A stretch of DNA of 64,000 bases. Origin: Bacteroidota bacterium. Its GTDB lineage: Bacteria; Bacteroidota; Bacteroidia; AKYH767-A; 2013-40CM-41-45. Of the stretch, positions 1-8,900 are shown one piece after another. The stretch spans positions 77,984 through 141,983 of the forward strand of contig JANOVV010000028.1 of NCBI GenBank assembly GCA_031417555.1, read 5' to 3'. Below the pieces are notes generated by a model, which worked only from the letters and a program-made list of their open reading frames with translations, was not told the origin of the DNA and searched no databases. The translations under genes were made by a program, and so were the position numbers. Numbering within the stretch: the first letter of the stretch is position 1; each line of letters begins with the position of its first letter.

Positions 1-345
1 GCAGAACCTGTAGAAACAGATGCTATCATGTCTAGTCTTCAGATTACAGCTGGAAATGCTGAAGTTATTTCTCAGCAGCTTGCAGAGATAATGTTAAAAA
101 TAAATAGCGGTAATGGAACTCTTGGAAGATTAATCCAGGACTCAACCATCGCTGAGAATTTTAATCAGACAATGGTAAATCTTAAAAAAAGCACAAAAGG
201 TTTAAACGAGAATATGGAAGCCGCCAAGCATAATTTTCTTTTGAAAGGATATTTTAATAAGAAGGCTAAAGAATCTGAAAAGTTAAAGAAGGAAGCGGAA
301 GATAAAAAAGCAGAAGAGCAGAAATTAAAAGAAGAGAAAAAATAA
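1..345 (+). CDS. C-terminal part of an MlaD/MCE-family protein; the gene starts upstream of the window
   Basis: Frame is open from position 1. The segment ...GNGTLGRLIQDSTIAENFNQTMVNLKKST... followed by a Lys/Glu-rich charged tail is typical of the MlaD C-terminal region. Confidence 0.55.
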   Translation, partial: AEPVETDAIMSSLQITAGNAEVISQQLAEIMLKINSGNGTLGRLIQDSTIAENFNQTMVNLKKSTKGLNENMEAAKHNFLLKGYFNKKAKESEKLKKEAEDKKAEEQKLKEEKK

Positions 346-346
346 T

Positions 347-967
347 TTACTCGTCGGCTATTGGTAATGAAACTGATTTATGTTTTCTTACTTCTCTGAC
401 TTTTCCAATTGGTTTAAGGTAGTTTTGTTTCACGGTGTATAAATCAATTCTTCCTCCTAATCCAATAGATGGTGAATTAGAAATATAATCATAACCGGCA
501 AAAAGAGAAAATGCACCGAATCCTATAAACCCACCGGTGAAAATAGATGCAAGTTTTTTCAAACTAAAATCATTTTGTAATCCAATATCTGTTATTAACC
601 CAAAGAAAAACGTAGGATCAACGGTTATTTTATCATTTTCATTAAAAATGAAGTCGCCAAAAAACCAGGTATATCCATATCCTATACTAATTGTAGGTGA
701 AACTTCATATTTTCCATTCACATATTCTATTTTACTGAATGAAATTGGAATGGTTGGCGAGCCAAATAACTTTGCTTTATAAACGGTATTGTAATATAAT
801 GTATCCGGCCATTTTTTTAAACTATCCGGTATAATTTGATTATTTAATGTAGACTGGAATTGATAGCCTCTCATATTTAAAAATTTAACGATAGGACTTT
901 TTTCTACTTGGCCAAACGAAATAAGTGAAATTCCGAAAGTTAATAAACATAGAAAAATTGTTTTCAT
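347..967 (-). CDS. hypothetical secreted or outer-membrane protein with an N-terminal signal peptide (MKTIFLCLLTFGISLISFGQ); the ORF track extends it to 1009
   Basis: ORF 347..1009(-). The internal Met followed by a hydrophobic signal ending in GQ looks like the real start. Gly/Tyr/Phe-rich, beta-rich composition. Confidence 0.4.
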   Translation of the reverse strand: MKTIFLCLLTFGISLISFGQVEKSPIVKFLNMRGYQFQSTLNNQIIPDSLKKWPDTLYYNTVYKAKLFGSPTIPISFSKIEYVNGKYEVSPTISIGYGYTWFFGDFIFNENDKITVDPTFFFGLITDIGLQNDFSLKKLASIFTGGFIGFGAFSLFAGYDYISNSPSIGLGGRIDLYTVKQNYLKPIGKVREVRKHKSVSLPIADE

Positions 968-992
968 TTTATATATCATTAATAATCGATGT

Positions 993-1412
993 TTAAATTT
1001 GTTTGTCATTGTTTATTGACGTTCTTTTATTTTCAACAGTTTTAGCCATACCTGCTAGTTCAACATACTCTTTTGTAATCTCACTTAATTCATGTTCTGT
1101 CTTTTCTTCTATATTAATTATTTCATTATTGGCTTTTTCATGGGATGCAACTAATTCATTCAGCTTTATATGAAGGGAAATAGAAAGCCGGTTAAACGTT
1201 TTTTGGATGAAGAATAAACTTAAAAATGTAACTCCTAGAATTATTTCACCAATACTTTTATGAATGCTTTGATGATAAAATTCTTTACTTAAAAACCATG
1301 TAATAACAAGACAAAGTGCTGCGATAAACGTAATGGAATTACCAAGTATCGACATTACAAGGGTTGATAGCTTTTCAAACCTTGCTTCTAAATTTCTATA
1401 TCTACTTTTCAT
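993..1412 (-). CDS. low-affinity iron permease family small membrane protein (PF04120-like)
   Basis: 139 aa with two predicted TM helices, followed by the motif ...LSISLHIKLNELVASHEKA... (HLKLNELI-type) and an acidic C-terminal tail. Confidence 0.5.
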   Translation of the reverse strand: MKSRYRNLEARFEKLSTLVMSILGNSITFIAALCLVITWFLSKEFYHQSIHKSIGEIILGVTFLSLFFIQKTFNRLSISLHIKLNELVASHEKANNEIINIEEKTEHELSEITKEYVELAGMAKTVENKRTSINNDKQI

Positions 1413-1449
1413 TTGCGGCTTTTTAATTATGTATTGAATGGTTATTTTT

Positions 1450-1490
1450 AAAACAGAAAAGCTGCCGATTCACGGCAGCTTTTCTGTTTT
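1450..1490 (-). terminator. rho-independent terminator downstream of the OmpA gene; a symmetric hairpin that could work in both directions
   Basis: Perfect inverted repeat aaaacagaaaagctgccg-attca-cggcagcttttctgtttt with flanking T/A runs. Confidence 0.7.
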
Positions 1491-1513
1491 ATTAATTGAA
1501 AATTAAACAGGTA

Positions 1514-2968
1514 TTAAAATTCTGTCTTCAATTCTACTCTCCGATTTTTGGCTCTGCCCAATGATGTATTGTTATTATCAATTGGTCTTGTCTCACCGTA
1601 ACCGATTGCTGTTAAACGGGATTCAAATATTCCATTACTCATCAGATAATTTTTAACTGACTCTGTCCGTTTTTGTGACAATGTCATATTGTAAGCGTCT
1701 TCTCCCTGACTATCGGTATGACCTTCTATAATTAATTTTGCTGCTTCATATCGTTTCAAAATTGTAACAAGTTCATCCAATTGTGACAATGAAGCTACTT
1801 TTAATTTATCGCTGTTTGTTTCGAAGAATATTTTACTAGCAATTTGTGTAATTTTCTTTACGTCTTCTTTTGTAATTTCCGGGCAACCTTTATTTGCTAT
1901 TGTACCAACTACAGTAGGACAACGGTCAACATTATCAGCAATACCATCGCCATCTGTATCAGGACATCCTTTCATTGCTGACGTTCCTGCTAAATCCGGA
2001 CAAGCATCATCTTCATCAACAACACCATCTTTATCTTTATCCATTGGGCATCCGGTAATATCTACTTTGTAATTAGGTTTTGTATCCGGGCATTTATCAT
2101 TAACATCAGCCACACCATCTAAGTCAGAATCGGGACATCCTTTAAGGTTAGCCGGTCCTTTTGCATCCGGACAATCATCATTTTTATCAGCTAGGCCGTC
2201 ATTGTCTTTATCCGGGCAACCTTTTAGAGAAGCTAAACCGGAATCATTAGGACATTCATCGAGATAATCAGCGACTCCGTCACTGTCTTTATCTAAAGGA
2301 CATCCTTTAATGTCAACTTTTGCAGCTTTTGGAGTGTTGGCGCATTTGTCTTTTCTATCAGCGACACCATCACCATCAGCATCTTTTATGTTTCCAAAAT
2401 TAAATGTAAACCCAACGGTATGTTGAAGGAAAACATCATTAGATTTTAGCGATACGCCGTCTTTATCATCAGCTCCGGAATAAAGAAAAGTTTCCTGGAT
2501 TTGAAAAAATACGGATTCGCTTAGTTTAAAATTGAATCCGCCACCCGCAGAAGGAGCTACGAAATCAGATTTACTTTTTTCTGCAGTTGGATTAACTGAA
2601 AACATCATTAAACCACCTCCAATAAATACATAAGGACGAATAACTGCATCCGGGCCTGTCAGATTAAATCTAAAATTTAATGTTCCAGTTGTAATTCCTG
2701 AAAAGAAATTTCCTTCTTTACTTGAATGGCCAATTTCTCCTTTAGTAATTAACATGTTTATATCAAAGTGGGTTCCGATATAACGGGAAAATGATAGTCC
2801 GCCGAAACCATAAAATGCCTGATTAGTTCTGTAAAAATCATTTCCAAGATCACCATTGTATTGCATAGAACCACCATGCAAACCAATATTCCATTTTTTA
2901 TCAGCAGTTTGTCCGAATGAACATAAAGCTAAAATTAAACTAAAAGATAATAGTATTATTTTTTTCAT
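1514..2968 (-). CDS. OmpA-family outer membrane protein: N-terminal beta-barrel, central thrombospondin type 3 (Ca-binding) repeats, C-terminal OmpA peptidoglycan-binding domain
   Basis: Signal peptide MKKIILLSFSLILALCSFGQ. Repeated D-x-D-x-DG-V-x-D-x-x-D-x-CP units. C-terminus ...NSDKL...SQKRTESVKNYL...RRVE. Confidence 0.8.
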   Translation of the reverse strand: MKKIILLSFSLILALCSFGQTADKKWNIGLHGGSMQYNGDLGNDFYRTNQAFYGFGGLSFSRYIGTHFDINMLITKGEIGHSSKEGNFFSGITTGTLNFRFNLTGPDAVIRPYVFIGGGLMMFSVNPTAEKSKSDFVAPSAGGGFNFKLSESVFFQIQETFLYSGADDKDGVSLKSNDVFLQHTVGFTFNFGNIKDADGDGVADRKDKCANTPKAAKVDIKGCPLDKDSDGVADYLDECPNDSGLASLKGCPDKDNDGLADKNDDCPDAKGPANLKGCPDSDLDGVADVNDKCPDTKPNYKVDITGCPMDKDKDGVVDEDDACPDLAGTSAMKGCPDTDGDGIADNVDRCPTVVGTIANKGCPEITKEDVKKITQIASKIFFETNSDKLKVASLSQLDELVTILKRYEAAKLIIEGHTDSQGEDAYNMTLSQKRTESVKNYLMSNGIFESRLTAIGYGETRPIDNNNTSLGRAKNRRVELKTEF

Positions 2969-3382
2969 AGAATTGTTTAATTAAATTGTTAAATTATTGA
3001 GATATTTTATTTGTTTATAATGAAGCCAAATTTTAAATCCACTTTCTTTACTAATAACCCTAAATATTAATTTTTAGATAAGCTATACTTGAAACTTTAG
3101 ATTGCAAAGATGATTAAGAGTCAATATTTGTGAGTTACATAATATTGGTATTATGTTATATAATTTACATTAATTAAGTTTAAATGTAGTTTCTGTTCAA
3201 TTATAATAATTGTATGGATGATTTTTTCTTATCTGGTTGTATAATTCGATTGACATATATACTTACATGTCCTTTCAGAGTGTGAATTATGAAACATAAA
3301 AGGGAAATTGTGTAATTGAAATTTTGCCGAATACCCTCACATTTGTACAGTAATGATTCTGTTACAAATAATCAATTTAATA

Positions 3383-3571
3383 ATGCCCTACAAGAATGAA
3401 GAAAATGAAAGCTGGAACGAACAGAAAGCTGCACTTAAACAAAAATTTTTAATGCTAACTAATAATGATTTGTATTTAGAATCAGGAGCAAGGGAAGAAT
3501 GGTTAGAAAAAGCTCAGATAAAATTTGGCAAGACAAGAGAAGAATTGCTTCGACTCATTTCAAATATTTAA
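3383..3571 (+). CDS. CsbD-family general stress protein (small)
   Basis: The pattern W-x-KAALKQKF-LTNNDL-x-G-x-EEWL-KAQIKFGKTREEL matches the CsbD consensus (W..LKGK..E.WG.LTDDDL...G....L.GKiQErYG.skEE). Start chosen at the internal Met. Confidence 0.45.
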   Translation: MPYKNEENESWNEQKAALKQKFLMLTNNDLYLESGAREEWLEKAQIKFGKTREELLRLISNI

Positions 3572-3650
3572 TTTTATTTATTCAGTGATCTGTAAAATCA
3601 AATTAGGAACCAAAATATTTTTAGAATAACAAGAAATAAAAGAATTTAAA

Positions 3651-4112
3651 ATGAAAAATTCAACAATTAGAAGTTTAATAGCTATCTGTTTTTTAGGATC
3701 TACTCTAATAAACTGTAATTCTTCGACAAAAACTGTAATTAAAGAAGATGCCAATGATATATACATCAACAAGGATGTAATTACGTCTGAAAATGATATT
3801 GCTAAGGCTCAAAAAGATATTTATAGTGATTTCCAAAAATTTATTAAGGACGCTAATCTTAAATTAATTAAGAATTCAGAAAACATTTCCGATTTGAAAC
3901 AAATCTCTTTGACAGATGGGAATATTACAAATGTGACCTTTAATTCAAAGGTTGATGAATTGGAAAAAAGTAATAATGAATTTAAATCTGAACTGGATAA
4001 TTATGTAGCGAATGGTAGTGGTAATTGGAAAGAATTTCAAAACGATTTTGATACTAATCTGAATGAATTGGAAATAGCCTTTAATCAAGTAAAGATTGTA
4101 TGGCAGAATTAG
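3651..4112 (+). CDS. hypothetical lipoprotein (lipobox ...LINC), predicted coiled-coil
   Basis: Signal peptide followed by Cys (STLINCNSS). Rich in charged residues. Confidence 0.45.
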   Translation: MKNSTIRSLIAICFLGSTLINCNSSTKTVIKEDANDIYINKDVITSENDIAKAQKDIYSDFQKFIKDANLKLIKNSENISDLKQISLTDGNITNVTFNSKVDELEKSNNEFKSELDNYVANGSGNWKEFQNDFDTNLNELEIAFNQVKIVWQN

Positions 4113-4177
4113 TAAGTTTGATAACAGGAATTTAAATAATACCTAATTACCATGTAATAATAACTAAAAATGCTAAA

Positions 4178-4405
4178 ATGAAAAAAGTTACAAAGAACAG
4201 TACAACTTCTGCATTGAAAAATTTAGCGATAAATCAAAAATCTAATCAGGGAAAGATAGTTCAGCGATATAATATTTCTAAGGCTTTTCTTGAATCCTAT
4301 TTTATTCCTTCAAAGGAAGTAGATGCTTTTGAATTAGCCAGGTCTAAACAAGATTTAAATGCTCATTCAAAATATGGTATAGCAATTAGAAATTTGGTTA
4401 TTTAA
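4178..4405 (+). CDS. hypothetical small protein
   Basis: 75-aa ORF in a gene-sized gap. No recognisable motif. Confidence 0.25.
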   Translation: MKKVTKNSTTSALKNLAINQKSNQGKIVQRYNISKAFLESYFIPSKEVDAFELARSKQDLNAHSKYGIAIRNLVI

Positions 4406-4537
4406 CATTCTTCTGATATTTATTACCATTATTGAATTTTATGAAAAATATTTATAAAAAGAAGTTTAACGCATTTTTAATTTGTAATAGCTATTTTTTA
4501 TTTTAGTATCTTTAAAGGCATTCAAATAAAAAATATT

Positions 4538-5356
4538 ATGCAAGATGTTTATAATAACCTGAGCATTCAGGCAAACGGTATAGTTTTTAATTACGATGAT
4601 TCCGGTGTGGGAGATATACCTATAGTATTTATACATGGATTTCCATTTGATAAATCTATGTGGGAGCCTCAAATTAATTATTTCAAGTTGAATTATCGTG
4701 TCATATCATACGATATCAGAGGATATGGAAAAACTACATCGGATGAGAGAGTTCTAGATATGAATTTATTTGCGGATGATTTGATCAGTTTTTTAGATGC
4801 CTTGCATATAGATAGGGCAGTAGTTTGTGGTCTTTCTATGGGAGGATATATTTTATTGAATGCTTTGAACAGATATCCTGAGAAATTTACTGCAGTTATT
4901 TTGTCGGATACACAATGCATAGGAGATTCAGCTGAAACTAAAGAAAAAAGAAAGAAGTCAATTGCTAGTATCGAAGAAAAAGGTTTAACTGAATTTGCAT
5001 CAGCATTTGTAAAAAACGTTTTTTTTAAGGATTCTTATGAAGATAATTTGAAAATCATTAATAAAATTGAAGATGTTATTTTGTCAACTTCAAATCAAAC
5101 AGTTACCGGAACTTTAAATGCTTTGGCTCAACGAAGAGATATGTGTTTTTGTTTGAGTGAAATTTTAATTCCCGCTTTGATTATAGTAGGGGAAGAAGAT
5201 AGCGTAACTCCTCCCGCTCAGGCTCAGCAGTTGAAAGACAATATTCCCGGATCCAAATTATTTATTATCCCAAAAGCCGGACACATGTCAAATATAGAAC
5301 AACCGGAATTGTTTAATAAGTATGTAAATAATTTTCTTTCTGAAATATTTATTTAA
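4538..5356 (+). CDS. alpha/beta-fold hydrolase
   Basis: HGFPFD oxyanion-region motif, GLSMGG nucleophile elbow (GxSxG), and a C-terminal ...GH... catalytic His region. Confidence 0.75.
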   Translation: MQDVYNNLSIQANGIVFNYDDSGVGDIPIVFIHGFPFDKSMWEPQINYFKLNYRVISYDIRGYGKTTSDERVLDMNLFADDLISFLDALHIDRAVVCGLSMGGYILLNALNRYPEKFTAVILSDTQCIGDSAETKEKRKKSIASIEEKGLTEFASAFVKNVFFKDSYEDNLKIINKIEDVILSTSNQTVTGTLNALAQRRDMCFCLSEILIPALIIVGEEDSVTPPAQAQQLKDNIPGSKLFIIPKAGHMSNIEQPELFNKYVNNFLSEIFI

Positions 5357-5429
5357 TACAATTTTTCAATACTCGCTTTTACTCATTAATGCGGGATAAC
5401 AACAAAAATTATTTTAATAGATCAGACAA

Positions 5430-7271
5430 TTGCAAATGTTTTTTAGAATAATATTTATTTTTTTATTTAATATTATTTTCAATCAGGCATTGTTTGGACA
5501 GTCTGGAACTAATAAACAAATAGCTGATTCAGCCCAAGTGTATAAAAAAATTGAAACCTATTCTAAAAGAAGCGGATTTACAAAATTTTTATATGGTATT
5601 ATTTTCAAACCTGTTGAATCTACTCATATAAAATCATCCAGAGAAAGAAGGAAGAAATTGCAAAAATCATATAAATATTTTGAAGGGAAAATAATTCGAA
5701 ATATTGAAATTATAACATTAGACCCGTTTGGATATACAGTTAAGGATACAACTATTGTAGTTCAAAATAATTTATACAAAGCCGGCAATAGCTTACATAT
5801 TAAATCCAGGGAAATTGCAATTAAAAATTTATTACTAATTAAAAAAAATGATTCTTTCGATTCATTGTTGGTAAAAGAGTCTGAACGATTAATTCGAAGT
5901 CAAAAATATGTTCAGGAAGTTTCAATTTATGCAGTTAATGCCGGCATTCATTCGGATTCAGTGGATATTCGTATTCGTGTATTGGATTTGTGGAGCATTA
6001 TTCCGGATTTTTCAATTTCTCCCAGTAAGGTTTCATTTGGATTGGACGAAAGAAATTTTCTTGGATTAGGTCATGGTTTCAAAAATTCCTTTACATGGAA
6101 TCATTCAAACGGGAATAATGTATTTAATTCTAATTATTATATCCCAAATATTTATAATACATATTTAAATTCTACATTCCATTATGGAATGGATGAAAAT
6201 CAAAACTACATTAAAAGTATAAATGTGGACAGGCCTTTTTATTCTTCATTCGCAAAATGGGCCGGAGGAATGTACTTTGATCAGCAACAACGAATTGATA
6301 CTATTCATCAAAATGAACCTACTTATACTGCCAAAAGTTATACATTTAATACACAAGATTATTGGGGCGGATCTTCCAGCCAGTTATCTACAGGTAATTC
6401 TGAAAAAGAACGTACTACTAATTTAATATTTTCATTACGTTATTTGCGAATTCGGTTTATAAAAAAACCTGAAAATATTAATGACTCGTTACATTTTTAT
6501 TCTGATGAAGATTTTTACCTGGCCGGAATTGGAATATCTGCGCGAAAATATGTTCAGGATAAATATATTTTTAATTATGGTTTAATTGAAGATGTGCCTA
6601 TCGGGAAGGTGTATGGATTAACAGGTGGATACCAGGTAAGAAATAAAACCGGACGATATTATGTTGGAATGCGGTTTTCAAATGGTAATTATTTTGATTG
6701 GGGTTATTTGAGTTTAAATTTGGAATATGGTACTTTCTTACATTCATCACATTTTGAACAAAGTGTTTTTATAGCAGGATTTAATTATTTCACTGAATTG
6801 TTTGAAATTGGGAAATGGAAGTTTCGTCAATTTATAAAACCACGACTTACTTTGGGTTTTAACCGCTTGCAAACGGATAATTTAACGATCAATAATGATA
6901 AAGGAATTGCAGGATTCAAAAGCACATTATTATCAGGATCAAAAAAAATAGTTGTTACATTTCAAACTCAATCTTATGCACCATGGAATGTACTTGGATT
7001 TCGTTTCGGCCCATACCTTGTTTGTTCATTAGGGATGCTAGGAGATCATATACGAGGCTTTGAAAAAAGTAAAATTTATTCACAATTTGGTTTTGGGTTT
7101 TTAATAAAGAATGAATTTCTGGTTTTCAAAATTATTCAGATTTCATTTTCTTTTTATCCTTCAATTCCCGGCGAAGGTGATAATTTATTTAAATTAAATC
7201 AGAGAAAACCCAGCGATTTTGGATTTCAGGATTTTGAATTGGGTAAACCACTTCCGGTTATTTATCAATAA
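5430..7271 (+). CDS. outer-membrane protein, possibly Omp85/BamA-family-like (POTRA-like N-terminus plus beta-barrel)
   Basis: Signal peptide. The motif ...DERNFLGLGHGF... and alternating aromatic beta-strand patterns through to the C-terminus. Confidence 0.35.
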   Translation: MQMFFRIIFIFLFNIIFNQALFGQSGTNKQIADSAQVYKKIETYSKRSGFTKFLYGIIFKPVESTHIKSSRERRKKLQKSYKYFEGKIIRNIEIITLDPFGYTVKDTTIVVQNNLYKAGNSLHIKSREIAIKNLLLIKKNDSFDSLLVKESERLIRSQKYVQEVSIYAVNAGIHSDSVDIRIRVLDLWSIIPDFSISPSKVSFGLDERNFLGLGHGFKNSFTWNHSNGNNVFNSNYYIPNIYNTYLNSTFHYGMDENQNYIKSINVDRPFYSSFAKWAGGMYFDQQQRIDTIHQNEPTYTAKSYTFNTQDYWGGSSSQLSTGNSEKERTTNLIFSLRYLRIRFIKKPENINDSLHFYSDEDFYLAGIGISARKYVQDKYIFNYGLIEDVPIGKVYGLTGGYQVRNKTGRYYVGMRFSNGNYFDWGYLSLNLEYGTFLHSSHFEQSVFIAGFNYFTELFEIGKWKFRQFIKPRLTLGFNRLQTDNLTINNDKGIAGFKSTLLSGSKKIVVTFQTQSYAPWNVLGFRFGPYLVCSLGMLGDHIRGFEKSKIYSQFGFGFLIKNEFLVFKIIQISFSFYPSIPGEGDNLFKLNQRKPSDFGFQDFELGKPLPVIYQ

Positions 7272-7421
7272 GAATTAATTTGTTTTGAGTTTAATTTCTG
7301 CGTTTTACAGTGTATAATATTCAGTAAATTATGTAAATATTTTTGAAAATTTTGTAATTACCTAAATACTTGTTTTACTCATCTTTGTATTGTTAATTAA
7401 ATAGAATAAAAATTAATAGTT

Positions 7422-7613
7422 ATGAAAAAGTCATTTTACAAAAAACCCGGATCTGCAACTATTGACTTACTGGATTATAATCTTAAGACCAGATATCCTT
7501 TTCTATATAATAGTGTTGGTGGTGAATATATTCACAATCTTTTAATTGATTTATATGGAGTATCAAAAAAGACTTTAACTCAATCGAGAAGATCCATTGC
7601 TACCCAAATGTAA
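7422..7613 (+). CDS. hypothetical small protein
   Basis: 63-aa ORF followed by an intrinsic terminator. Confidence 0.25.
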   Translation: MKKSFYKKPGSATIDLLDYNLKTRYPFLYNSVGGEYIHNLLIDLYGVSKKTLTQSRRSIATQM

Positions 7614-7660
7614 TAATGACAATGTAAACAAGAATTTTATTTTCATGTGTGGTTTTGTTA

Positions 7661-7690
7661 AAAGTCCTCGTGGTGGAGGACTTTTTTTTG
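7661..7690 (+). terminator. rho-independent terminator
   Basis: agtcctc-gtggtg-gaggact followed by a T8 run. Confidence 0.65.
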
Positions 7691-7726
7691 TTCTTATAAA
7701 TTGACTATCATTTTCTTTCTATAAAT

Positions 7727-8659
7727 TTGATAAAATTATCTGAAATGAAATTAAATAGAATTAAAAAAATTGTGTGGAAGCTGTTGAAGGAATCACTAAA
7801 TGGATTTATAGATGATAATGCAATTAAATTAAGCGCATCACTTTCTTATTATACAATTTTTTCTCTGCCACCATTGCTAATTATTATAATTGGATTGGCA
7901 GGTATTTTTTTAGGAGAAGAAGCAGTAAAAGGGGAAATCTTCTGGCAAATTAATGGTCTTGTTGGAAATGATGCTGCACTGCAAATTCAGGATACGATAA
8001 AAAATGTAAAACTATCCAGCAGTAATGTTTTTGCCACAACAGTTGGAGTAATAATACTTCTGGTCGGTGCATCAGGTGTATTTGCTGAAATTCAGGATTC
8101 CATTAATTATATTTGGGGAATTAAGGCAAAACCAAAACGTGGTTTTATAAAATTCATTAAGAACCGCCTAATGTCTTTTTCTATGATTGGTTCTGTTGGT
8201 TTTCTTCTGCTGGTTGGATTGATTATAAATTCAATTATGGACGTACTAAACAAACGATTAGCAGTAAATTTCCCGGTTGATTCAATATATTTTTTCTATA
8301 TCACAAACATTATAATCGTTTTTATTATAATAACTATACTATTTACTATAATTTTTAAGACCTTGCCGGATGGTAATGTGGCAATAAAAGATTGTCTTAT
8401 CGGTTCTTCTTTTACCGCTGTATTATTTATGATTGGAAAATTTGCTATTGGCGCTTACCTTGGCAGTTCAGCAGTTGCTTCAATATATGGTGCTGCAGGG
8501 TCTGTTATATTGATTCTCGTCTGGGTATATTATTCAGCAATCATTCTTTATTTTGGCGCTGAATTTACAAAAGTATATGCGCTTGCACACGGTAAGAAAA
8601 TTATTCCAAACGAATATTCCGTGCAAATTATAAAAGAGATTATTGAAATTGATAAATAA
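7727..8659 (+). CDS. YihY/BrkB (virulence factor BrkB / tRNA-processing RNase BN-like) family inner-membrane protein
   Basis: N-terminal LSASLSYYTIFSLPPLL motif and six predicted TM helices, typical of this family. Confidence 0.7.
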   Translation: MIKLSEMKLNRIKKIVWKLLKESLNGFIDDNAIKLSASLSYYTIFSLPPLLIIIIGLAGIFLGEEAVKGEIFWQINGLVGNDAALQIQDTIKNVKLSSSNVFATTVGVIILLVGASGVFAEIQDSINYIWGIKAKPKRGFIKFIKNRLMSFSMIGSVGFLLLVGLIINSIMDVLNKRLAVNFPVDSIYFFYITNIIIVFIIITILFTIIFKTLPDGNVAIKDCLIGSSFTAVLFMIGKFAIGAYLGSSAVASIYGAAGSVILILVWVYYSAIILYFGAEFTKVYALAHGKKIIPNEYSVQIIKEIIEIDK

Positions 8660-8900
8660 ATCCTTCAATAATTTGTTTTAGAAATTTTATTATCTTGATT
8701 AATTAATTTGTTGTGCTTTATTTTCTGTATTAATATGATTTTTATCATATTTTATAATGTAACCTTTTATGCTCTTTTTGTTCAGTTTCAAATCTTTAAA
8801 TTGAAACAATGTGAATTGTGCAAAACATTGTATTAATTGTGTAATGCAAAATTAGTTGTGCTGGCTGATCTTTATATATAAATTATATATAATATCTGTC

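Noticed and set aside
1514-2968. Considered whether the Cys/Asp repeats of the 20346 giant protein are the same as the thrombospondin type 3 repeats seen in this OmpA protein
   Set aside because: The TSP3 units here follow DxDxDGxxDxxDxCP with one Cys and poly-Asp. The giant-protein unit has two Cys, an invariant TG...H and a 24-25-aa period. They are different repeat types.
3578-3772. 64-aa minus-strand ORF overlapping the lipoprotein gene start
   Set aside because: It overlaps the 5' end of a plus-strand gene that has a signal peptide, and is probably spurious.
4466-4920. Two minus-strand ORFs (4466..4672, 4693..4920) opposite the alpha/beta hydrolase
   Set aside because: They are antisense to a well-supported CDS with clear catalytic motifs and contain no motifs of their own.
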